Under the pieces are notes generated by a model. It was not told where the DNA came from and searched no databases. It worked only from the letters and a program-made list of their open reading frames with translations. From contig JBBTSM010000002.1 in assembly GCA_038064675.1 (NCBI GenBank), positions 145,852 through 209,851 on the forward strand: a stretch of DNA of 64,000 bases. Direction: 5' to 3'. The position numbers were made by a program, and so were the translations under genes. The DNA comes from Patescibacteria group bacterium. Its GTDB lineage: Bacteria; Patescibacteriota; Patescibacteriia; UBA9934. This document shows, one piece after another, positions 46,544 to 56,941 of this stretch (position 1 is its first letter; every line of letters starts with the position of its first letter).

Positions 46544-47668
46544 ATGAACAAGATCGCCGCACAACTCCGCGCCGCAAAAAATCGACCAGCTGCTGGTGGA
46601 TTTTCTGTTGACGCGCAGGCTGCGGCAAAACGATCATTGATGCTTGCGATTGGTGCGGACGTTTCAGTGCCATCGATCGAACCGGCAGTACATTTGAAAA
46701 CACGCTATATCCTTTGGTTGTCGCAATCTTTCATTTCACGTCCGGTCGCGATCGGTGTTGCGGGAATTGTTCTTTCGGTGAGCGGTTTGATGACCACGGT
46801 GAATGCGGCACAGCAGAGCTTGCCTGGCGACGCGTTGTATACGGTGAAGCTGATTAACGAGCGCGCGCAGCTTCAGCTTGCATCGCTCGACCGTAAGGCG
46901 GTGCTTCACACAGAGTTCGCTGAGACGCGTCTGAAGGAAGTTGCGAAGTTGCAGTCGGACACATCGGGTCGCGATACGAATCTTGTTGCACAAACTATCG
47001 ATGCCTACACGCAAGAAGTCGCGTCGGCGAATCAAAATCTTCGTGAACTTCAGGCGTCCGGCAACGCAACAACTGTTGCGACGGCGAGCGAGGTACAGCA
47101 GAACCTTGTCGCGCTCGATTCCACTATCACGAATTCTGTCGGTCCGGCTGCATCGTCAGCAGAGTCGGCTGCGGTTACATCGGCTCAAACCACAACGCAG
47201 GTCGCTCAAGACGACAGTGTTACGGTCGCGGTCGAGGCGCACAACGACGCGAATTCTGAACGATCTACGCGAGAGTTAAACGACATGTTCCTTCGTCAGT
47301 TTGCAGCGATCGGTACACGAAAAACATTCGACATACATCGTATCGCGGTGATTCGTGCATCGCTTCAGGCTCATGCGGATCTCCTCGGTGCGTCGGGAAT
47401 GATGACGGAGACTGATCTTCGTCGCCTTGAGCGAAGCATCAATATCGCTGTTGCGGATGTTGCTCCGGCGATGGACACCTTTGCGATGGGTGGATATCGA
47501 TCCGCATTCGACGTATTGAAGCATGCAGACACGGTGCTCAGGGGTATTGAGGCGACGCTCGCTGATGCGGAGACCGCTATCACTGCCGCGCTCATGCAAG
47601 CTCCGCCACCGGCTCCAGTCACCGATCCACAGTCCGCCGTTCCAGTGTCTGATCCTCTAGTACAATAG
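46544..47668 (+). CDS. Membrane-anchored protein downstream of the ECF sigma factor (possible anti-sigma or regulatory partner).
   Basis: A single TM segment at about residues 70-90, a long Ala/Gln-rich extracytoplasmic region, and its position next to the sigma factor gene. Confidence 0.4.
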   Translation: MNKIAAQLRAAKNRPAAGGFSVDAQAAAKRSLMLAIGADVSVPSIEPAVHLKTRYILWLSQSFISRPVAIGVAGIVLSVSGLMTTVNAAQQSLPGDALYTVKLINERAQLQLASLDRKAVLHTEFAETRLKEVAKLQSDTSGRDTNLVAQTIDAYTQEVASANQNLRELQASGNATTVATASEVQQNLVALDSTITNSVGPAASSAESAAVTSAQTTTQVAQDDSVTVAVEAHNDANSERSTRELNDMFLRQFAAIGTRKTFDIHRIAVIRASLQAHADLLGASGMMTETDLRRLERSINIAVADVAPAMDTFAMGGYRSAFDVLKHADTVLRGIEATLADAETAITAALMQAPPPAPVTDPQSAVPVSDPLVQ

Positions 47669-47862
47669 GCCCCATCGTTCATATCGCATTTCCTTCAGCG
47701 CCGATCTCGTCCGGAGATCGGTGCACAAGGGATTGTGAAGACACAATTCCCGCACCCCGATATGCATTGTAGGAGAGCCCGCTCTCTTAAAGGTCGAGAC
47801 CGCACGGTCATGTATATCGGTAATCTTCTTCCCTATTTTGGGAAAAAAAGACTTCAGAAATT

Positions 47863-50800
47863 ATGACAAACGTTCTTCAAACTGGGAAACGTGCGTTGTC
47901 TGTAGCAGTCGCTGCAGCAACCATGCTCTTCTCTGTCGGTGCTGGCCTTTTGCAGCCTTCGGTTGCAGCAGCAGCATCTGCTGGAGACCTCATCAAGGGC
48001 ACCTCGCTCTCGACGGTCTACTACTACGGTTACGACGGGATGCGCTACACGTTCCCGAACGAAAAGACATACATGACGTGGTACTCGGATTTCTCCGGAG
48101 TTTCCACGATCTCTGACAGTGCGCTTGCGGATCTTTCTCTCGCAGGCAATGTCGTATACCGCCCAGGTTCGTACTGGATCAAGGTTCAGTCCGACGACAA
48201 GGTGTACGCAGTGTCCACGGATGGAAGCATCCACTGGATTGAATCTGAGACTGTTGCATCGAACTACGCTGGTTCCTCATGGGCTAGCCGCGTTCAGGAC
48301 GTTCCAGATGTCTTCTTCACAGACTACACCGTTGGTTCTTCGCTCATGACGGCAACCGCATTTGACGGCATGTTGTACATGGATGGCGGAAGCTACTACC
48401 TTTCTTGGAACGGTGCAAAGCGAATGGTCAGCTCTGCTGGTCGTTCGGCAAACGGTCTCCAGGCTGGATTCTTCCTTTCTGGTACCGGAATCGATGACAG
48501 CGACCTCGTTGCTGGCGACGATATCACTTCTGAAGTTAGCTCCGTTGTGGATGCTGCTCAGACCGTTTCCTCCGATGTTACTGCAACTGGCAGCGTGAGC
48601 GTTTCGCTCGCATCTTCCACTGCAGCTTCGACATCAATCCCAGATGCTGCATCTGGCGTGAATGTTGCAACGTTCAAGATGACAGCTGGTTCTTCAGCTG
48701 CTTCAGTTGACGTGATGAAAGTCTCTTTGATGGGTCTTTCTGCAACTTCGCACTTCACATCAAGTGGCGTGTACCTTTACGAAGGTAACGTTCGTTTGAC
48801 TGATGGAAAGAGCTTCAACTCTTCTACACGTCAGGCAACCTTCGGCTCCCTTGGTCTCGAGTTCGCAGCAGGCGAAACTCGTTACATCTCGGTGCTCGTG
48901 GATATGCTTGATGGATCAACGACTTCAACCTTCTCGGTTGGAATTGAAGGTTCTTCAGACGTGGAAGCAGGAGGATCGGTCTCTGGCTCGTTCCCAATTT
49001 CTGGAAACACCATGAGCATCGTCGACTCCGCGGTTGGTGGCGTAACGATCATCGATACTGGATCCCTCTCGAACCCAGTCATCGGTGAACAGAACGCAAC
49101 CATCAGCAAGTTCAAGTTGACGGCATCTTCAGTAGAAGATGTCACTCTTGAGCACATCACATTGAAAATTGATGACGAATCCGATCACAGCGACTTCCAG
49201 CTCTACCAGGGAACTACATGGTTGGCTGAAGGTTCGAGCATCGATAACAAGCTCGTGATGTTTGATCTTGGTTCAAACGCATTCTCTATCGAAAAGGGAT
49301 CTGATCGCACCTTCACGGTGACGGCAGACATCGGTGGAAACGCAGCTGACACCATCACAACTCACTTGGACAACGCTGCAGACCTTTACGTGACTGGTGA
49401 CGATTTCGGTTTCGGCGTCTCTGTGACTGACGCTGATTTCGACACCGCCGCAGAAGGTTCTACGGTAACAATTCAGGGCGGTGACTTGACGGCTTCTTTC
49501 AGCGGTCCTTCCGCTTCAGACGTCAGCAACACCACTCAGAACTTCTCTCTCTTTGAGGGAACATTGGTCGCAGAACGTGCAATGACCATCACTGCAATGC
49601 CAATGATCTTGACCATGGTCGAGACAAGCGGCGGAAATGACAGCACGCTTGAGCATGATCCAATTTCGGACATCCGAATTGTGAATGCTGACACCGGTGC
49701 ATTGTTGATGGGTCCTATCGACCTTTCTGAGACTGCAGACGGAGACTTGTCTGCAGACCTCGCATTCACCGATGACTTCGACATGGATGCTGGTGAAACC
49801 TTGAACTTCAAGGTTACTGCAGACATGGAGAGCACTGCAGACGCAACAGATACCTTCACCATAACCATGGATCTTACTTCCGGATTGGCGGCAGAAGACA
49901 TGGATGGCGATGCGATCACGAGCGTGATCCCAACAGCAAGCTTGGCGGGTAACGCACAGACTGTTGTCGCATCTGGCTTGACTGTTTCGTTGGCTTCAAC
50001 CCCAACAGGCACCAAGACATACGTTCGTGGTACTTCCGATGTGGTGTTCGCTTCCTTCAACTTTGCAGCAGCAAACGGCGGCGCAATTGAAGTAACCGAC
50101 TTCAGCCCATCGATCTACGTCGACCACAACGCAGGAGGAACATTCGCTGCAGGACAGGAGAGCACCACGCTTTCTACTGAGCGCATTACTTCTTGCTCGT
50201 TGTACGATGGAAGCACATTGGTTTCCGGACCAGAATCGATTGCATCCGCAACGACTGGAAAGGTGAACTTCAACGACTTCTCGTACTCAGTTTCTGCAGG
50301 AACCACCGAAACATTGAGCGTGCTCTGTAACTTGGCGAACATCGACCCAAGCACAGCTGACTACTTTGCGGCAACAGTCGTTGCAACATCGGATGTCACA
50401 GCATTGGACTCAGAAGGTGACTCCGCAACTGTGACTGGTTCGAGCATCAACACGACGCCAACGGTCATCATCAACGTGACGAACTCTGGTTCGCTCGCGG
50501 TGACCGCGGCATCTGACACCCCTTCTGCAGACTTCGTATTGTCTGGTTCTTCCAGCAACACTGTCTCGAAGTTCCGCTTCGACGCAACAAGCGAAGCATT
50601 CGTTGTCGATCGTTTGACGATCGAAGAGCAGCAGGCTGCCGCAGATACTGGTTCTGCAAACTCCACAGCGTACTCGAATAACGTGTCGCTCGTGACGGTT
50701 TCGTACCCAGATTCTACTGGCGCAACTCAGACTGCGACTGGTGCACTTACCAACAACGGTCTCACCTTGAACGGTCTTACCTTCTACGTTGCTAAGGATA

Positions 50801-51894
50801 GCCACGCTGAAGTGACCGTGAAGATCGACGTCCCAAGCACGGATCGCTCTGGCGGTTCGGCAACGTCGAACGAGCGCATTCGTATGGTTCTCGACGACGG
50901 CACTGGTGAACTCCGCGCAGTGGGTCAGGGCTCTGGCCAGACACTCGCTGATAGCGCAGTAACCACTGTTGACACCGCTGGAACCACCATGAACAAGTTC
51001 GTGGTTCGCGAAACCAAGCCAACCATCGCCTTGAACTCTGTGTCCCCATCGGGAAGCAACAAGACTCCAGGCAACCAGGAAACGCTTCGTTTCAACGTGA
51101 CCGCAGCATCTGGTGAGGATGTCATTCTCAAGAACGTCGTCTTCTCATTCAGCGCTTCGGACAACGGAGGCCCAACACTTTGGGACAACTGTGACACCGA
51201 CGTGACTGACGGATCGGAAATCCTCGCTTCTGGCGCAGACTTCCACATCTACAACATGAACAAGGAAGGCACCGCAACCGCATTGGACGCAGCAAACGAC
51301 TTCACCATCTTGAAGTCGACCGGCGCAGTGTGTGACGGAACGGATGCTGACGTTGCATTCATCAAGTTGTCGCTTACCACCGCGGAAGTTATTCCAGCTG
51401 GATCTACATATGCATACGCGTTGTACTTCAACTCGGATAGTGCTTCTTCGGTGAACAACGACTCCGTACAGATCGGTCTCGCATCGGATCCAATCACGGC
51501 CAGCTACATCGAAGTTGCTAACGCAACCAACGAAACAGCGATCGCGATCGCCGATACAACCATCGACGTTGACACTGGCGCAACCTACAATGTTGGCGAT
51601 GTCATCGCGTACGACGAAACTGATGGCGACGGCGGAGCCGCTCCATCGTCTTCTGAGCGCATCCTCGTGACGGGCATCTCGTCGAACACCCTTACGGTTG
51701 TTCGCGGATACCTTGGAACGACTCCTGTGGCTTACGCATCGTTGAGCAACACTGCCGACGATATGTACCGCCTCCCAGGTGCAATGCTCTGGCAGGATGA
51801 CGGTTCCACTGCTATTACTACCTCTAACCAGGAGTACTACGGTGCACACCTCGTCGATAGCCTTCCAATCACTGGAAACAGCATCTCGTTCTAA
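47863..51894 (+). CDS. Very large (1343 aa) secreted or cell-surface protein with Ser/Thr/Asp/Gly-rich repetitive beta-domains.
   Basis: Signal peptide 'LSVAVAAATMLFSVGAGLLQPSVAAA', followed by an uninterrupted 4-kb ORF of low-complexity adhesin-like composition. Confidence 0.7.
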   Translation: MTNVLQTGKRALSVAVAAATMLFSVGAGLLQPSVAAAASAGDLIKGTSLSTVYYYGYDGMRYTFPNEKTYMTWYSDFSGVSTISDSALADLSLAGNVVYRPGSYWIKVQSDDKVYAVSTDGSIHWIESETVASNYAGSSWASRVQDVPDVFFTDYTVGSSLMTATAFDGMLYMDGGSYYLSWNGAKRMVSSAGRSANGLQAGFFLSGTGIDDSDLVAGDDITSEVSSVVDAAQTVSSDVTATGSVSVSLASSTAASTSIPDAASGVNVATFKMTAGSSAASVDVMKVSLMGLSATSHFTSSGVYLYEGNVRLTDGKSFNSSTRQATFGSLGLEFAAGETRYISVLVDMLDGSTTSTFSVGIEGSSDVEAGGSVSGSFPISGNTMSIVDSAVGGVTIIDTGSLSNPVIGEQNATISKFKLTASSVEDVTLEHITLKIDDESDHSDFQLYQGTTWLAEGSSIDNKLVMFDLGSNAFSIEKGSDRTFTVTADIGGNAADTITTHLDNAADLYVTGDDFGFGVSVTDADFDTAAEGSTVTIQGGDLTASFSGPSASDVSNTTQNFSLFEGTLVAERAMTITAMPMILTMVETSGGNDSTLEHDPISDIRIVNADTGALLMGPIDLSETADGDLSADLAFTDDFDMDAGETLNFKVTADMESTADATDTFTITMDLTSGLAAEDMDGDAITSVIPTASLAGNAQTVVASGLTVSLASTPTGTKTYVRGTSDVVFASFNFAAANGGAIEVTDFSPSIYVDHNAGGTFAAGQESTTLSTERITSCSLYDGSTLVSGPESIASATTGKVNFNDFSYSVSAGTTETLSVLCNLANIDPSTADYFAATVVATSDVTALDSEGDSATVTGSSINTTPTVIINVTNSGSLAVTAASDTPSADFVLSGSSSNTVSKFRFDATSEAFVVDRLTIEEQQAAADTGSANSTAYSNNVSLVTVSYPDSTGATQTATGALTNNGLTLNGLTFYVAKDSHAEVTVKIDVPSTDRSGGSATSNERIRMVLDDGTGELRAVGQGSGQTLADSAVTTVDTAGTTMNKFVVRETKPTIALNSVSPSGSNKTPGNQETLRFNVTAASGEDVILKNVVFSFSASDNGGPTLWDNCDTDVTDGSEILASGADFHIYNMNKEGTATALDAANDFTILKSTGAVCDGTDADVAFIKLSLTTAEVIPAGSTYAYALYFNSDSASSVNNDSVQIGLASDPITASYIEVANATNETAIAIADTTIDVDTGATYNVGDVIAYDETDGDGGAAPSSSERILVTGISSNTLTVVRGYLGTTPVAYASLSNTADDMYRLPGAMLWQDDGSTAITTSNQEYYGAHLVDSLPITGNSISF

Positions 51895-51997
51895 CGAACG
51901 CGTGCGTTTTACAGCAATTGGTTAGGAACCAAGCCCCCGCAGCAATGCGGGGGTTTTGGTTGCTCACTTTGGTGAATTCCGATATTCTTCTTCTCAT

Positions 51998-52708
51998 ATG
52001 ATGAACCGTTTTACTCGGAAGCAGGTGGTTCTTGGCGTATCTATTCTCGTGGTGCTGCTTGTTGCTGGATACGTTTTTTGGCAAAAGGAGGGCAGAAAGC
52101 TGGTTGATCCGTACTACGGACTTGTAACGTCGATTGATGTGCAGATGGAGGATTCAACTCGTGTGTTGCTCCAGCAGCGTTTGGCCACCGCACAGGCGTC
52201 GTTGTCGTCGCAGATCTCGTCTGGTGCTGATGTCGATAAACAGCTCTATCTCGTCATTGCCGAGAACGAGAAAATGCTCGGCGATTTGGTTGCATCACGA
52301 AAAATGTACGAAACATATCTTGATGTAATGCCAACATCGTACGTCGCGTGGAATTCGTATGCAGTGCTCTTGGAGATGATGAAGGATTATCCAATGGCAG
52401 AAACAGGATACAAGAAGTCGCTCGAACTTTTGAAGACGGAAGAATACTATCGAGACTACGTTGAATTCCTCAAGCTGCATTATCCAGATCGTCGCGACGA
52501 CGTGAAGGTGTTGCTAGACGACGCGTATAAGAACTTGCTTCAAACGCCGTGGACCATGACTGCGCTTGGTGATTGGTTTTTCGAGACTGGGGATTGCGAT
52601 CAAGGCAAGGCGCATTACGATGTCGCAATATCCATTACATCGCAGGACACCGCAACATTAAAGCAGGATCAGCAAGAAAAACTCGCCACGTGCGAAGCGC
52701 CTCGATAA
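51998..52708 (+). CDS. Membrane-anchored TPR-like repeat protein.
   Basis: A TM anchor 'VVLGVSILVVLLVAGYVFW' followed by helical repeats. Confidence 0.45.
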   Translation: MMNRFTRKQVVLGVSILVVLLVAGYVFWQKEGRKLVDPYYGLVTSIDVQMEDSTRVLLQQRLATAQASLSSQISSGADVDKQLYLVIAENEKMLGDLVASRKMYETYLDVMPTSYVAWNSYAVLLEMMKDYPMAETGYKKSLELLKTEEYYRDYVEFLKLHYPDRRDDVKVLLDDAYKNLLQTPWTMTALGDWFFETGDCDQGKAHYDVAISITSQDTATLKQDQQEKLATCEAPR

Positions 52709-52780
52709 ATAGGAAAGAACGGTGTCTGTGGGTACCGTTCTTTTGTTTCCAAACTGCGCGTGGGATAATCGCACTACTCT

Positions 52781-54868
52781 ATGCGATATCGCTTTTTTTC
52801 GCGTGCCATTATTGCTGCAGCTTCCGCTGCGCTTATCCCATCGCTCGTTCTTGCGCAAACACCCAATGATCCTCGGTATGCGGAACAGCAGTGGTACCTG
52901 GACGCCATTCACGCCCCAGCAGCGTGGGATGTAACAACAGGATCATCTTCGGTCATCGTCGCGGTGCTTGATACCGGGCTCGATCTCACGCATGAAGATA
53001 TCGCCGACAATCTTTGGGTAAACACCAAAGAAATTTTCGGCAACGATATCGACGACGACGCAAATGGTTTTGTGGACGACGTGAACGGCTGGGACTTTAT
53101 TGACGGCGATAACGACCCTTCGCCGAGTCCTGTGGCAGGATCATCGGAGGACGCAATCTCGCACGGAACGCTTATCGCTGGAGAAATTGGCGCAGTTGGC
53201 GACAATCATCTTGGTATTTCTGGCGTGAATTGGTCGGTGAAAATTATGCCGGTGCGCATGTTGGATGATCAGGGTGGTGGAACGGAGTACGACGCCGCGA
53301 ATGCTATTCGATACGCCGTACGAAATGGTGCGAAGGTGATTAACTTGAGCTTTGCAGGGAATGAGGCACACGCAGCCCTGCAGAGTGCGGTAAAAGATGC
53401 GTTTACGAAAGGTGTGGTGATTGTTGCAGCAATGGGGAACGACGCTCGCGACACGAACGCGAATCCTGTGTATCCAGCGTGTCTGCGAACAACGGATGAG
53501 GATTGGGTGATTGGCGTTACCGCGATTGATGAGACGGATCGCGGCGCGTCGTTTACGAACTACGGAACGATTTGTGCCGACGTTGCCGCGCCAGGAACGA
53601 ACGTGTATGGATTGGCGTATCACAACGTCAGTGCAGGGTACGCGGATCTCTATCAGGGGGGATGGAGCGGAACATCGATGGCATCGCCGCTTGTTGCCGG
53701 TGCGGCGGCATTACTTTTCTCTCGATTCCCAAGTCTTTCCGCGGCCAACGTACGGAATATTCTGAAGCTTTCGGTGGATCCGGTGAATATTACTGGATTT
53801 ACCTCCGGTCAACTTGGTGCGGGTCGCCTGAACATCGATCGTGCGCTTGCGATGGCGTCCTCATATGCTCCGGCGGTCACCGTTGATACATCAGCTCCTA
53901 CGGCGTCCGAACCATCGACTACAGGATCTGAACCCGCAAAATCCGACGTCGCAACGGGATCTGATGATGTACTGCGGTATTCGTTCGCTGTTTTTGGTGC
54001 GCCGTCTGGCGTTGCGCCGGAAGTTGACGTTCGGCGAGCGGATGGGTCGGAATATGCAAGATTTGCTGCATACTCTAGCAATTTCCGTGGGGGAGTCCAT
54101 GTCGCAACGATCAATAATGATCACGATGGAATTCCAGAAATTGTCACCGGGGCCGGGGAGTCCGGCGGCCCGCATGTTCGAGTCTTTAAAGCCTTTGGAT
54201 CAGTAGACCATGAATTTTTTGCCTACGACAAAGCATCGAGTCACGGCGTTTCCGTTGCAGTTGGAGATATCAATGGCGACGGCGAAGACGACATCGTTAC
54301 CGCTGTGGGAGAGGGCGTGAGCCAGGATATTGTTACGTGGAGTGAAGGTGGGGAAGAGATTTTCCGATTCCCAGCGTCGGTGTTTCCTGTGGCCTCGGCG
54401 CTTTCTGTTTCAACCGCCGATATCGATGAGGATCCTGCGGACGAAGTTGTGGTCAGCGGTCTTATCGATGGCGTCATTCATGTCGCCGTTTACGACAACG
54501 ATGGAAGATATCTTGTGGACTTTGTTCCATTCCCGAGCGCGGCCGCGGTCAGTGTATCGGCAGGCGATCGCGACGGCAATCTTATCGACGACATCTTTGT
54601 GAGCAACTTGTCTTCGGGCAACACGGTGAATGTTGTGCGAACGATCGGTTCGCTTGTTGGAGTGTTCACGCTTCAGGACCAGGCGCCTTCTGGAACGGCA
54701 ACAGTCGGCACGGATCTCGATCTTGATGGCTGGGATGATATGATGACGATGGAAAACGTTGATGCTGGCTTAGTCACGCTAACGGTATCTGACGGGAAAA
54801 CCGTTCTTGGGTCGTGGCATGCGCCAACATTTGGGTCAACTTCCGGCGCGTTCTTTGCGGGATGGTAG
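52781..54868 (+). CDS. S8-family subtilisin-like serine peptidase with C-terminal FG-GAP/VCBS-like repeats.
   Basis: Catalytic Asp 'VAVLDTGLD', His 'HGTLIAG' and Ser 'GTSMASPLVAG'. The C-terminal repeats include 'DINGDGEDDIV' and 'DHDGIPEIVTGAG'. Confidence 0.85.
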   Translation: MRYRFFSRAIIAAASAALIPSLVLAQTPNDPRYAEQQWYLDAIHAPAAWDVTTGSSSVIVAVLDTGLDLTHEDIADNLWVNTKEIFGNDIDDDANGFVDDVNGWDFIDGDNDPSPSPVAGSSEDAISHGTLIAGEIGAVGDNHLGISGVNWSVKIMPVRMLDDQGGGTEYDAANAIRYAVRNGAKVINLSFAGNEAHAALQSAVKDAFTKGVVIVAAMGNDARDTNANPVYPACLRTTDEDWVIGVTAIDETDRGASFTNYGTICADVAAPGTNVYGLAYHNVSAGYADLYQGGWSGTSMASPLVAGAAALLFSRFPSLSAANVRNILKLSVDPVNITGFTSGQLGAGRLNIDRALAMASSYAPAVTVDTSAPTASEPSTTGSEPAKSDVATGSDDVLRYSFAVFGAPSGVAPEVDVRRADGSEYARFAAYSSNFRGGVHVATINNDHDGIPEIVTGAGESGGPHVRVFKAFGSVDHEFFAYDKASSHGVSVAVGDINGDGEDDIVTAVGEGVSQDIVTWSEGGEEIFRFPASVFPVASALSVSTADIDEDPADEVVVSGLIDGVIHVAVYDNDGRYLVDFVPFPSAAAVSVSAGDRDGNLIDDIFVSNLSSGNTVNVVRTIGSLVGVFTLQDQAPSGTATVGTDLDLDGWDDMMTMENVDAGLVTLTVSDGKTVLGSWHAPTFGSTSGAFFAGW

Positions 54869-54884
54869 CCTCTTACTTTCTTCT

Positions 54885-55895
54885 ATGTCGCTCGAACAAA
54901 AAACATCAGTAGTCACGGGAGGTGCGGGATTCATTGGTTCATTTTTGTGTGAGGCATTGTTGCGAGAAGGGAACCGGGTGATTTGTATCGATAACTTTTC
55001 CACCGGGCATGTTCGAAATATTGAAGGACTTCTTCGGAATCCTGATTTTCAGTTTCTGCGCATCGATGTGAATGACGCGTTCGATCTTGGATCGTTTGCC
55101 GAGCTTGAACCGTTTAAGGTGAAGTTTATCGGTGTGCATGAGATCTATCACCTTGCGATGCCAACAATTTCTAAAGGATTTGAAGAGTTCCGTATTCCAA
55201 CGCTCCTTACGAATAGCGTTGGTACACGAAACATGCTCGATATTGCTGTAAAATATAAGGCGAAGTTTTTGCTTGCGTCGAGCGCGGTGATTTACGGAAA
55301 TCGCATCGCCGACACCAAACTGTTCAACGAAGACTACCTCGGAATCGTGAACCACCTTACACCGCGTGCTGCGTATAACGAAGGGAAGCGATTTGCGGAA
55401 ACCATGGTGACGACGTACGCAAGTGTTCATCACTTGGATGCAAAGATCGCGCGAATCTTCCGGACGTTTGGCCCACGAATGCCATTGTTCCAGGGGCACC
55501 AAATTCCAGATTTTGTGCTTTCTGCGCTCGACAATAAGCCGCTCGCTATTTCCGGTGACGAATCGACGACGACGGCGTTGATTTATGTGTCCGATGTTGT
55601 GGATGCGTTGATTCGATTAATGCGCGCTGAACCAAGTGTTGGTCCGGTGAATATCGGAAGCGATGTTGAGCTGCCAATGCGCGACGTTGCATCCAGCATT
55701 ATTAAGCTTGCTGAAAGTACATCGGAAGTGGTGTACGAACCTGCTCCACCGTTTTTGACGCAGATGGGCCTTCCGGATCTTACGAAAGCTCGGAATCAGC
55801 TCAGCTGGATCCCTCTGGTCCGTTTAGAGGACGGTTTGGCAAAAACAATTGACTACGTTCGTGCGAATAAGCTTCTCTTGACGAACGGGGACTAG
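54885..55895 (+). CDS. NAD-dependent epimerase/dehydratase (UDP-glucuronate decarboxylase/UXS-like).
   Basis: 'VVTGGAGFIGSFLCEALL' Rossmann motif plus a YxxxK SDR core. Confidence 0.8.
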   Translation: MSLEQKTSVVTGGAGFIGSFLCEALLREGNRVICIDNFSTGHVRNIEGLLRNPDFQFLRIDVNDAFDLGSFAELEPFKVKFIGVHEIYHLAMPTISKGFEEFRIPTLLTNSVGTRNMLDIAVKYKAKFLLASSAVIYGNRIADTKLFNEDYLGIVNHLTPRAAYNEGKRFAETMVTTYASVHHLDAKIARIFRTFGPRMPLFQGHQIPDFVLSALDNKPLAISGDESTTTALIYVSDVVDALIRLMRAEPSVGPVNIGSDVELPMRDVASSIIKLAESTSEVVYEPAPPFLTQMGLPDLTKARNQLSWIPLVRLEDGLAKTIDYVRANKLLLTNGD

Positions 55896-55925
55896 GCCGC
55901 CACTATAGGCTAAAAGTAATGAATT

Positions 55926-56603
55926 ATGCGTATTGTCGCCGTGGTTCCAGCGTATAACGAAGGGAAGAGAGTCGTCGCGGCAATCGCTGATGCGAAACAG
56001 TTTGTTGATCACGTCGTCGTCGTTGACGATTGTTCGAGTGACGATACTGGTGCTGCAGCAAAAAGCGCTGGAGCGATTGTTCTTCGCCATATCATCAACC
56101 GCGGGCAAGGCGCGGCATTACAGACGGGAACAGACTACGCAATCAAAACACTCATCGCGGACGTTGTCGTTCATTTTGACGCGGATGGTCAGATGCGTGG
56201 CGACGAAATTCCGATGATGATCGCACCAATTGCAAGCGGCGAAGCAGACATCGTTCTCGGCTCGCGCTTCCTCGGCAAGCAGGCGCTCAATATGCCAATG
56301 ATGCGCAAGGTGATGATCCGTTTTGGAACGTTGTTTACTATTTTGCTTTCTGGAATTCGTGTTACCGATACGCACAATGGTTTCCGTGCGCTTTCACGCA
56401 AAGCGGCAATAGAGATGCGCATTACACTCGACCGCATGGCGCATGCGTCGGAAATTCTCGACCTCGTCAAAACAAAACGTTTGCGATATGTGGAGCGTCC
56501 GGTAACGATTTCGTACTCCGCGGAAACGCTGCAGAAGGGCCAGTCCACGGTGAAGGCGATGCTTACCGCGAAGGACATCATTAAGAAAAAAATTGTTGGC
56601 TAA
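55926..56603 (+). CDS. Family 2 glycosyltransferase (polyprenyl-phosphate sugar transferase-like).
   Basis: 'MRIVAVVPAYNE...VVVVDDCSSDDT...VHFDADGQ' (DxD). Confidence 0.85.
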   Translation: MRIVAVVPAYNEGKRVVAAIADAKQFVDHVVVVDDCSSDDTGAAAKSAGAIVLRHIINRGQGAALQTGTDYAIKTLIADVVVHFDADGQMRGDEIPMMIAPIASGEADIVLGSRFLGKQALNMPMMRKVMIRFGTLFTILLSGIRVTDTHNGFRALSRKAAIEMRITLDRMAHASEILDLVKTKRLRYVERPVTISYSAETLQKGQSTVKAMLTAKDIIKKKIVG

Positions 56604-56934
56604 TATGGTGTTTAAGATTTTTTTGATCGTGTTCTCGTTGTACGCCATTGCTCGTGCAAAGAAGCAGTACGAAAAGCGTGAGGCCTCGTGGTACTGGGCG
56701 GTGGTGTGGTCGTTCATGTGGGTGGTGGTGATTGCGGTTGCGCTCATGCCGCAGGCAACGGATGCGGTGGCTGCATTTGCTGGTGTTGGTCGTGGCGCAG
56801 ATTTGTTGGTGTATCTTGCGGTGATTTTCTTGTTGTACGCAACCTATCGCTCCATGGTGCATCAGCAAAAGATGAGCGAAGACATTACCGAATTGGTTCG
56901 CAAGATTGCTGTTGATCGACCGGAACGTCCGTAA
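56593..56934 (+). CDS. DUF2304-like small membrane protein, a typical partner of GT2 enzymes.
   Basis: 113 aa with three transmembrane segments, overlapping the GT2 stop. Confidence 0.5.
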   Translation: MLANMVFKIFLIVFSLYAIARAKKQYEKREASWYWAVVWSFMWVVVIAVALMPQATDAVAAFAGVGRGADLLVYLAVIFLLYATYRSMVHQQKMSEDITELVRKIAVDRPERP

Positions 56935-56941
56935 AATCTTT

